A stretch of 13,507 nt of DNA from positions 1 through 13,507 of IMG/VR virus record IMGVR_UViG_3300021255_003438, one strand, 5' to 3'. Origin of the DNA: a virus. Its lineage: Duplodnaviria; Heunggongvirae; Uroviricota; Caudoviricetes. Numbering within the stretch: the stretch's first letter is position 1; every line of letters begins with the position of its first letter. Below, in pieces: positions 7,443 to 13,507 of the stretch. A model generated the notes under the pieces. That model saw only the letters and a program-made list of their open reading frames with translations, was not told the origin of the DNA and did no database searches. A program made the translations under genes and the position numbers.

Positions 7443-7461
7443 ATGAAAAAATGTTATTTAG

Positions 7462-7677
7462 TTACCAACTGTCAATGTCTGTTATGTCTTTCTTCTTTCC
7501 ACAATACGGACATATTATTTCAATGGCAGTACCAATTCCTAACGGTGTCAGCACATATTTAAATGGTGCATATTGAGGAATGGTGTCATTATTTTTATTG
7601 GGTCTGCACCTTTTATGCCATTTTTTGAAAGATTCAGCTTTTTTTTCTTCGACCTCATTTAACTCAAATTTTATCAT
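7462..7677 (-). CDS. Small phage-type protein with Zn-ribbon-like CPYC (71 aa)
   Basis: LTPLGIGTAIEIICPYCGKKKDITDIDSW resembles a common phage hypothetical motif (recognised from memory); ATG 7677 is in an ATGA overlap. Confidence 0.75.
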   Translation of the reverse strand: MIKFELNEVEEKKAESFKKWHKRCRPNKNNDTIPQYAPFKYVLTPLGIGTAIEIICPYCGKKKDITDIDSW

Positions 7678-7799
7678 AAATAATAACACTCTGGATGCAA
7701 GGATTCTGTTTCAATCCCATTATTTTCCTTGGCCTCATTTACGCTATTGGTCACAATTGTGGATGCCGTGAAAAACACATCAGTTTGATTTTGATTCAT
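7674..7799 (-). CDS. Small 41-aa protein, not in ORF track: MNQNQTDVFFTASTIVTNSVNEAKENNGIETESLHPECYYL
   Basis: Fills an otherwise empty gap; TGA overlaps the next ATG (ATGA); 20-nt overlap with the upstream gene. Confidence 0.55.
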   Translation of the reverse strand: MNQNQTDVFFTASTIVTNSVNEAKENNGIETESLHPECYYL

Positions 7800-8229
7800 T
7801 TGATACTATTGTTTTAGATACACTTATTTTAAAATTTCGTTTACACTTTGGTAATATCTGCTTATACTCTTGTCCATAAGTATTGGGCGTAGTTACGTAG
7901 CTTTGCGCATATGGAGTATAAGTTTGTTTGTCATACGACCAATTGTTCTGTTTGGGTGTATAGCTATTTCTTGCTGGAGCAATTCTCCTATGGTGTTTAG
8001 TTTCGTAACCATAATCCGTGTACTCTGGAGAAAGCCATGATATTTCATCAGGGTCTATTCCATGTCTCCTCAGAAACTCCTTATCATTTTCATCAAAGAA
8101 TGAAAATAATCCCCAAATTAAAATGATTATAGGAAAAAAGATGTAAACGTAACTAGAATATACAATCATGTGAAATATACCAATGATTGCAGTCAACATC
8201 ATCATTCCTCTGAAACTATTATATAGCAT
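7780..8229 (-). CDS. Membrane-anchored hypothetical protein with Tyr-rich polar C-half
   Basis: N-terminal hydrophobic stretch (MMMLTAIIGIFHMIVYSSYVYIFFPIIILIWGLFSFF); first gene after a promoter. Confidence 0.75.
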   Translation of the reverse strand: MLYNSFRGMMMLTAIIGIFHMIVYSSYVYIFFPIIILIWGLFSFFDENDKEFLRRHGIDPDEISWLSPEYTDYGYETKHHRRIAPARNSYTPKQNNWSYDKQTYTPYAQSYVTTPNTYGQEYKQILPKCKRNFKISVSKTIVSNESKSN

Positions 8230-8245
8230 ATTTTATCTTTTTGCG

Positions 8246-8276
8246 CAAAGATACGACTTTTTTTCCAATTATCGAA
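8246..8276 (-). promoter_or_regulatory. Bacteroidota housekeeping-sigma promoter
   Basis: TTCG (8276-8273)-N19-TATCTTTG (8253-8246); -33 box has one mismatch. Confidence 0.7.
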
Positions 8277-8296
8277 ACTTTACGCATTAAAAAAGG

Positions 8297-8554
8297 TTAA
8301 AATTTTTTCTTTTTAACAAGAAACCTAGCAAAAACACTCGTGTTATACATAGTTCTTTCCTTCTGTTCAGCGTCACCGATTCTTTTGTATGTGGCTTTGT
8401 CTCCTTCTTTTGTGAGGATTAACAAATCCCTACGTTCCAAAGTAATGATTGGTGGAACATGGTACACGGTGTTCGGAAGGATTTCAGACCAAGGAACTAC
8501 GCTTTTAAGTTTTTGAAGCTGCGGTTTTAATTCTTGAAGTGAACGTTTAGCCAT
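8297..8554 (-). CDS. Hypothetical protein (85 aa), paralogous to the C-terminal domain of the upstream gene
   Basis: Shared pattern W-x2-I-x4-VY-x2-P-x-I-x4-R-x4-I-x2-K. Confidence 0.8.
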   Translation of the reverse strand: MAKRSLQELKPQLQKLKSVVPWSEILPNTVYHVPPIITLERRDLLILTKEGDKATYKRIGDAEQKERTMYNTSVFARFLVKKKKF

Positions 8555-8559
8555 AATAT

Positions 8560-9390
8560 TTAGTATTTATGTATGTTAGTAATAAAAACCATTTCAATGT
8601 CACTAGGATAGACGGAAGTGCAGTATTTTGACTCTTCGCCAAACTCGTTTATTTCTGAACACTTTAATATGCTGTCTGTTTTCATAACAATCCTAACCAC
8701 TTTCCTAGCTTGAGTCAATATCTTAGGTATCACATATACATCACCTTCCTTAATGTCATCCCAAGAAAGATGTGGTGGCATTTTCTTAAGTCTCTCCTTT
8801 TTTTCGTAGTAAGTTAAATGCTTTGTCTGTGTTGTTGGTGTTGGGCTATAGTTGTACTCATCATCGTCTTCATCAGATGGATGGTTATTAACTTGAGTTG
8901 TGGTAGGAGTCAAACGTTTTGTTATTTCGTTTTCATCTGCCATAGTAGAATCACTAGCAACTGGCTTAAGCACTTGTTTATTAATTCCACGCTTTTTAGG
9001 ACACCAATCTGGAGTATCAATCTGTAGCATCTGTCCAGTCTTGTATTTAATAACTCTCGGCTTGTTGTAGTCACCATAATCAATAATTACTCTACCACAA
9101 CAAGCGTTAAACACAAGTCTGCCATCACCTATAAAATTTTTAATTAGGTCTTGACATTGATTGCATGTTTCTTTTGGCGTTATCATTTTTTTATCTTCTT
9201 TAAAATCTTTGTATTCACAATCCTCACATTGGTATCCTGTAAAACACTTTACAAGCTGCCCACATTGACTAGACATCGGTTTTGACTTCGGCTGTAAGTC
9301 ATCAATATCTACGTCAAAAATACAAGTGGTGCATTGGTCACATACCTTACCGCGACAAGGGTGTTCTTGGTTCTCAATTACATAAGCCAT
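8560..9390 (-). CDS. Cys-rich multidomain hypothetical protein (276 aa)
   Basis: 13 Cys in the N-terminal ~130 aa (CxxxxCxxCxxC; Cx5Cx5CxxC; CxxC...CC...PDWCP), a T/D-rich linker, then the duplicated domain. Confidence 0.8.
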   Translation of the reverse strand: MAYVIENQEHPCRGKVCDQCTTCIFDVDIDDLQPKSKPMSSQCGQLVKCFTGYQCEDCEYKDFKEDKKMITPKETCNQCQDLIKNFIGDGRLVFNACCGRVIIDYGDYNKPRVIKYKTGQMLQIDTPDWCPKKRGINKQVLKPVASDSTMADENEITKRLTPTTTQVNNHPSDEDDDEYNYSPTPTTQTKHLTYYEKKERLKKMPPHLSWDDIKEGDVYVIPKILTQARKVVRIVMKTDSILKCSEINEFGEESKYCTSVYPSDIEMVFITNIHKY

Positions 9391-9402
9391 ATTTATTTTA
9401 AA

Positions 9403-10149
9403 TTAGAATGGACTGTTATATTCATCTTCATCTTCATAATACAAAGGGTTAGGAATAGTGTGCATTTCTTCAAATGTCGGAGCACTTAACCACCCATCGT
9501 TTTCTTTTGGTGGCTCAAATATCAGCTTCTTTCTTTTAAGGAATTCAAAGAACTTCTTGTTTCTTCCCAATTCCTCTGGTCTGAATCCTCTACCCTCATC
9601 AGATGTTAAGAACTCCATCTGTGCTTGCATCATCTTTTTTTCATCATCAGGCAAATCCTCCTCTGTAGTATCAACGAACCCATCGCCAAACAATTGTTCG
9701 CAAGTTATGTCAAATGCCTCTTTTCCCATCTTGCCCAACAATGAGAAATCTAGAATACGACTTTCCACGCAATAATGCAACAAATTGTTTATGTGCTGCA
9801 AGACGCACATTTGAAGCTTTTTGGAGTCTTCTAAAGGTATGGTAATACCATTGTTATGACCAACCACCTCTAACATTTTGTTAAGCAGTTCCTTAAGGTT
9901 TTTTGTGCCGTTAAATGGGTTTGATTCCCCTTTACAGAAATATATCAGTCTTCGTATATCAGATTTTTCATCTACTGACGGAAGGGTTGCGAAAAACGGA
10001 TAGAATGCTGAATAGCGTATGGTTAAGTTACCATGTCCGTTACCCACGTTGGAACGGAATATATGATATACCTTATTTCTTTTCAACGTTCTAGTTAAGT
10101 TTTTATATATCATCAACACTAGGTCTGATTCGTTTACACTCTTTTTCAT
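9403..10149 (-). CDS. Hypothetical protein (248 aa), probably leaderless mRNA
   Basis: Long ORF; ATG 4 nt after the -7 box. Confidence 0.8.
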   Translation of the reverse strand: MKKSVNESDLVLMIYKNLTRTLKRNKVYHIFRSNVGNGHGNLTIRYSAFYPFFATLPSVDEKSDIRRLIYFCKGESNPFNGTKNLKELLNKMLEVVGHNNGITIPLEDSKKLQMCVLQHINNLLHYCVESRILDFSLLGKMGKEAFDITCEQLFGDGFVDTTEEDLPDDEKKMMQAQMEFLTSDEGRGFRPEELGRNKKFFEFLKRKKLIFEPPKENDGWLSAPTFEEMHTIPNPLYYEDEDEYNSPF

Positions 10150-10153
10150 AATG

Positions 10154-10184
10154 CAAATATATAGGTTTTTTAGTTAATTTCAAA
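10154..10184 (-). promoter_or_regulatory. Bacteroidota housekeeping-sigma promoter
   Basis: TTTG (10184-10181)-N19-TATATTTG (10161-10154). Confidence 0.8.
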
Positions 10185-10194
10185 ATACATAATG

Positions 10195-10380
10195 TTAATT
10201 AATCTTAAATGCTTCCATATCATCATAATTCTTGCATTGTGGACAATACAAGTATGGACGCATATTGTTCTTAGGAAGCGTTACCATTAACGTTTTCCAA
10301 GGTACAAACATGTGCCCACACTTCTTACAATGTAAGACATATTTCTGTTCTATTTTATCGAAATCTTCTATCGTCATCAT
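10195..10380 (-). CDS. Small Zn-ribbon protein (CKKC...CPQC)
   Basis: Two CxxC pairs; ATGA overlap with the phosphoesterase stop. Confidence 0.75.
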   Translation of the reverse strand: MMTIEDFDKIEQKYVLHCKKCGHMFVPWKTLMVTLPKNNMRPYLYCPQCKNYDDMEAFKIN

Positions 10381-11057
10381 ATTTCAAAATATTGTGGTTT
10401 AAATACCATTTTATAGTCTTCATCCAATAATGAGACATTATATACTTTGGTGTTTCCCAACATTTCTTCCTCTCGATTTGAGGTGTGTAAATGTCCATGC
10501 AAACAATACTTTGGCTGTGCCTTTTCTATGAACGTTGCAAGAGATTTATTTCCTATGTGCGAACCATCTGCCCACCAACAATCTTTCTGTAGAATGATGT
10601 CACTAACGCCATAAGGGGCATCGTGAGCCATAACTACATCAATGTGTTCTATCGCTTTAAGATGACGCTCATACTTCTCGTCTTGCTCTTCATAAGGAGG
10701 CATAAAAGCCCATCTTCCAAATGGCTTGCACATAGGAGTACCGTAAATGGTCTTACCATCATATTCATATGTTTCACAGTCCAAGTAAACTACTTTGTCT
10801 TGTCCTTGCAGCATAAGTCGAATTCTGTCTGGGTGACGCATAGCAAAGAAATCGTGATTCCCAGCCACAAACAGAACTTTCTGACAAGGCAATGCACTAC
10901 ACCAAGGTATGAATACCGTTTTGTACCACTCTTCACTTGGAGTTGTGTAGCCTTGTATGTGTAGAGGAATTAAATCCCCACATATCATAACAATGTCGCA
11001 TGGTTCAACTTTAAAATCTAAATTGCCATGCATATCAGAAAATGCACATATTTTCAT
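10377..11057 (-). CDS. Calcineurin-like metallophosphoesterase
   Basis: SDMHG, CGD, AGNHD, MAHDAPYG, HGHLH. ATG 11057 preferred because the longer ORF starts inside the terminator/promoter. Confidence 0.9.
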   Translation of the reverse strand: MKICAFSDMHGNLDFKVEPCDIVMICGDLIPLHIQGYTTPSEEWYKTVFIPWCSALPCQKVLFVAGNHDFFAMRHPDRIRLMLQGQDKVVYLDCETYEYDGKTIYGTPMCKPFGRWAFMPPYEEQDEKYERHLKAIEHIDVVMAHDAPYGVSDIILQKDCWWADGSHIGNKSLATFIEKAQPKYCLHGHLHTSNREEEMLGNTKVYNVSLLDEDYKMVFKPQYFEI

Positions 11058-11078
11058 AACTTCAATATTAACTTTTGG

Positions 11079-11110
11079 CAAAGATATATAAAATAATTGT
11101 AAAAACCAAA
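11079..11110 (-). promoter_or_regulatory. Bacteroidota housekeeping-sigma promoter
   Basis: TTTG (11110-11107)-N20-TATCTTTG (11086-11079). Confidence 0.8.
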
Positions 11111-11112
11111 TA

Positions 11113-11150
11113 AAATAAGGAGTAATCATAGTTATGACCACTCCTTACTT
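11113..11150 (-). terminator. Intrinsic terminator
   Basis: AAGTAAGGAGTGGTCAT-AACT-ATGATTACTCCTTATTT on the minus strand (G-U pairs work only on minus), then a T-rich run. Confidence 0.8.
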
Positions 11151-11432
11151 CTTAATTTCCCTAATAAATACCTTATCATTACTGTCAATGTCTATGACAA
11201 TCTTTGAAGGTATCTCTAGATTTACGTCACAATCTACGAAGAGGATGAACGGATTCCACTTTCTACTTGTAAGGTAAAGCCAACGTCTTCCATCATTTAA
11301 AGCGATACACCTAGCCTTAAAACAGCCCAACATATAGAGCAGTGTGATTAATACCATAGCTAGCCAATCACCTTCGCTCATATATATAAGCCGTATAGTT
11401 GTGAATATGTTCTTTATTTTTAATCCTTCCAT
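11145..11432 (-). CDS. Hypothetical protein with one hydrophobic segment (95 aa)
   Basis: WLAMVLITLLYMLGCF; 13-nt overlap with the upstream gene. Confidence 0.65.
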   Translation of the reverse strand: MEGLKIKNIFTTIRLIYMSEGDWLAMVLITLLYMLGCFKARCIALNDGRRWLYLTSRKWNPFILFVDCDVNLEIPSKIVIDIDSNDKVFIREIKK

Positions 11433-11632
11433 AGCTCCATTCTGTGTTCCTCAAAAAGTGAGATTAGGTCTCCCAAGAGCATGAACCTCTCAAGAGTCTT
11501 CTGTCTCGCCTCTGGATTACTTTGCTGTCTTGCCTGCTCGTGGAAGCACTGCTCATGCTGCACGTTAAGAGCCTTGATGATTTCATCAACTTGCTCCTTT
11601 GCAAGATTTACCTTAATTTCTTTTACCTCCAT
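11420..11632 (-). CDS. Hypothetical helical protein (70 aa)
   Basis: ORF in the minus-strand cluster. Confidence 0.75.
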   Translation of the reverse strand: MEVKEIKVNLAKEQVDEIIKALNVQHEQCFHEQARQQSNPEARQKTLERFMLLGDLISLFEEHRMELWKD

Positions 11633-11674
11633 AACAAATTTGATTTAGAATATGCGTTAACAGTTAACAAACAT

Positions 11675-12073
11675 TCATAACAGTACAACAAGCATGATTA
11701 CAATGAATCCCACAAGGACAGCAGTACCAATGGACAACTCACTTGGGTCGTAGTCTTGAGCAGAACCATCAAAGTTTCCAGCAGTATGACAAACATCATT
11801 GTTTTCATCACACAACTTGAAATAGCTTCCAATTGGATGATTCTCATGCTCCTTATTGGAGTTGTCGGTGAGATACTTAGCCATTGCATTAATCTCAGCC
11901 TCATTCTCCTTATAGTTCTTATACTTTGAAGAGGTCAGCGTAGCCAACACATGATAGAAATTGAACATGCTGTTGGTCTTTTCAGCCTTTTCAACAATCT
12001 TCTCCTCGTTCTTGAGGGCATAGCAGCCAACAGCAATGACGAGCGCAACAATAGCTAAAATAATGTAAATCAT
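11675..12073 (-). CDS. Membrane protein with N- and C-terminal hydrophobic anchors
   Basis: MIYIILAIVALVIAVGCYAL and IGTAVLVGFIVIMLVVLL. Confidence 0.75.
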   Translation of the reverse strand: MIYIILAIVALVIAVGCYALKNEEKIVEKAEKTNSMFNFYHVLATLTSSKYKNYKENEAEINAMAKYLTDNSNKEHENHPIGSYFKLCDENNDVCHTAGNFDGSAQDYDPSELSIGTAVLVGFIVIMLVVLL

Positions 12074-12093
12074 AACTTTATAAATAATTTTTT

Positions 12094-12519
12094 TTAATAA
12101 GAATACATATCATCAATTTGTTTTTGTCTTCCTCGTGTTTTAAAATCAGATTGGTTGGTATCACCTATTTTAACACGTTTCTTAAACACAAAATGATAAC
12201 AATTGCCTAAGTTACTACTTGCTGGATACGCATTCACAAGAGTCCACCCTTTTGATGCAAGGTAATTGCAAGCATCAATCATTGAGTTGAATTTGATTTT
12301 TTTACCATCTTCATCAACCATTTTTGTTTCCCTAACTGACCAAATAGATGTTTTTTGACCAAAATCTATGTCAATTGATACTTTGTTTGACATAAACTGC
12401 CCAGTACCAACAATCATACAATAGATTTCTTGCGTGGAATCGTTTTCTTCAACAGTTTGGCCAAATAAATTCAATGTAGTACAAACTGTAAACGCTAAGA
12501 GTAAAAGCAATTTTTTCAT
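12094..12519 (-). CDS. Secreted Bacteroidota-type conserved hypothetical protein
   Basis: Sec-type signal MKKLLLLLAFTVCTTLNLFGQ; core YCMIVG...IDFGQ...FNSMIDACNYLASKGWTLVNAY...YHFVFKK resembles a Bacteroidota family (from memory). Start 12519 preferred to 12603. Confidence 0.75.
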   Translation of the reverse strand: MKKLLLLLAFTVCTTLNLFGQTVEENDSTQEIYCMIVGTGQFMSNKVSIDIDFGQKTSIWSVRETKMVDEDGKKIKFNSMIDACNYLASKGWTLVNAYPASSNLGNCYHFVFKKRVKIGDTNQSDFKTRGRQKQIDDMYSY

Positions 12520-12566
12520 TTTAAATTTGTTTTTTATTGTTTGTTGTTTTGTATTCTCTTGAAAAT

Positions 12567-12652
12567 GATGAAGTTCGGTGGTTTGTACCCACACTGACAG
12601 CAACTTCTTTACTACTTGCTCGGTCTAACGTTTAACCTCTACGTCCTTCATC
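12567..12652 (-). ncRNA. Candidate 86-nt cloverleaf-like structured RNA (5' leader or small RNA), family unassigned
   Basis: 7-bp closing stem GAUGAAG/CUUCAUC plus three hairpins; 5' end 5 nt downstream of the -7 box. Confidence 0.5.
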
Positions 12653-12656
12653 GTTG

Positions 12657-12687
12657 CAAATATACGAAAAAAAATTGGAATAACAAA
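12657..12687 (-). promoter_or_regulatory. Bacteroidota housekeeping-sigma promoter
   Basis: TTTG (12687-12684)-N19-TATATTTG (12664-12657). Confidence 0.8.
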
Positions 12688-12704
12688 ATGAAATTCCAAT
12701 TTTT
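12666..12704 (-). terminator. Intrinsic terminator overlapping the promoter
   Basis: AAAAATTGGAAT...ATTCCAATTTTT inverted repeat with a longer T run on the minus strand. Confidence 0.75.
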
Positions 12705-12718
12705 AACAGTAATTAAGA

Positions 12719-12835
12719 GACCCCTAGTGGTAACGCTCCACTCCACCTTTCGGCCATTAGTTTTGCAGACTACGACAATAACTTCTCTGTCAAGGGGTCA
12801 TAGAAGCCTAGTCTATTTTCACAAACCAACTAGGC
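12719..12835 (-). ncRNA. Candidate structured ncRNA: 5' hairpin plus five-way junction, family unassigned
   Basis: P1 GACCCCU/AGGGGUC encloses four hairpins; GAAA, GCAA and GUGA (GNRA) loops and G-U pairs favour the minus strand; region is GC-richer than its flanks. Confidence 0.62.
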
Positions 12836-12860
12836 AGTAGATAAAAATAGAAATAAAATC

Positions 12861-13507
12861 TTAATTTTCATCAGGTTCTCTACGGACAAATCGTCCGTTT
12901 GGTGCGCGATGCAGCTTCGTCTTTTCCACGTTCTGCTGAATCTTGCGCATAAGTTTACTAGAAATGTGAGTTATAGGCTCTTCGGCAGCTTTCTCTTCTG
13001 CCTCAGTATTCGTTTCGGCCTTTTTCGCAGGCTTTTTTCTCACCACTTTTTTAGGTTTTTCAGTTGGTGTTGCCTCTTCCTCGGCTGTGTCAATCAGAAC
13101 CACCTTCGGAATAGTAATTGTAGCCGTTTTCAAAGCTTCGTTGGTCTTGAGAGAAATCTTCTCCAAGTCACAGTTGCTAGGAATCACTACAACAGTTTTG
13201 TTACTTCTAGAACTAGTCTCGTCCTCATAAGTCACTTCCACCTTCAACTTATTGTCCTCAACTTCATAAGAGAGCTTTTCACCAATCCTTTCGTCAAAAG
13301 GAACTGTCACCGAAAAATCGGTAAGACTGTCTTTAACGTGCTTCATAAGTTCGTTAAAGTCATTCAAGAGTTCGTTGCTTTTACTGAGTAAAGCATCCCT
13401 ACGTTCCTTGAGGTAGTCAATCTGAGCACCCCAATCAAAAGAATTTACGACTTCGTTGAAATTCTCTACCAAGCTCTTGGCTTGATTCGCCCCATTGTCA
13501 ATAAGAC
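12861..13507 (-). CDS. HSP20/alpha-crystallin-like domain protein with K/E/A-rich tail (5'-truncated by window edge)
   Basis: Frame is open to the window end (...LIDNGANQAKSLVENF...). Core DFSVTVPF...LSYEVEDNKLKVEV...VVIPSNCDLEKISLK...ATITIPK follows the ACD beta-strand pattern. Confidence 0.6.
   Translation of the reverse strand, partial: LIDNGANQAKSLVENFNEVVNSFDWGAQIDYLKERRDALLSKSNELLNDFNELMKHVKDSLTDFSVTVPFDERIGEKLSYEVEDNKLKVEVTYEDETSSRSNKTVVVIPSNCDLEKISLKTNEALKTATITIPKVVLIDTAEEEATPTEKPKKVVRKKPAKKAETNTEAEEKAAEEPITHISSKLMRKIQQNVEKTKLHRAPNGRFVRREPDEN

Noticed and set aside
12567-12652. Canonical tRNA gene
   Set aside because: No 5-bp anticodon stem with U33, no TTC T-loop, no CCA; kept only as a cloverleaf-like candidate.
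12719-12799. Hammerhead, twister or HDV-like ribozyme
   Set aside because: No CUGANGA/GAAA core in the right arrangement, no twister L4 motif, and helix order does not fit the HDV double pseudoknot.
12616-13391. + strand ORFs 12616-12840 and 12909-13391
   Set aside because: The first crosses the promoter, terminator and RNA structures with no protein-like features; the second is the shadow of the HSP20-like gene.
1-13507. TAG-to-Gln recoding as in Lak and some crAss-like phages
   Set aside because: Genes are full length under the standard code. The TAG stops at 4662 and 5024 are followed by a terminator or the next start, and no gene is fragmented at TAG.
1-13507. CRISPR or TIGR-type repeat-spacer array
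   Set aside because: No regularly spaced repeats with unique spacers seen. The only repeats are LRR codon repeats and one tandem duplication.

Overview
AT-rich, densely coding window best read as an accessory/early region of a large dsDNA phage of a Bacteroidota host. No virion or replication hallmark gene is present, so the phage call is an inference. Its basis is the many short unknown ORFs, host-like enzymes out of operon context, and six intergenic Bacteroidota-type housekeeping promoters (TTTG-N19-20-TAnnTTTG), all on the minus strand. One + strand gene (BspA-type LRR protein) converges on about 29 minus-strand genes. Recognisable products are a GatB/YqeY protein, an M42 peptidase, a TIGR02452/PARG-like macrodomain protein, NadD, a metallophosphoesterase, a secreted Bacteroidota-type protein and a 5'-truncated HSP20-like protein. 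The standard code fits (TAA, TGA and TAG all act as stops). The most notable unexplained structures are two compact RNA folds in 12567-12835: a five-way junction with GNRA loops, and an 86-nt cloverleaf-like leader starting at the predicted TSS. Also seen: a PARG+NadD neighbourhood, a tandemly duplicated uncharacterised domain, a small gene broken by an in-frame TAA, a 25-bp tandem duplication, and several small ORFs missing from the ORF track. All family calls are from motif recognition; no searches were run.
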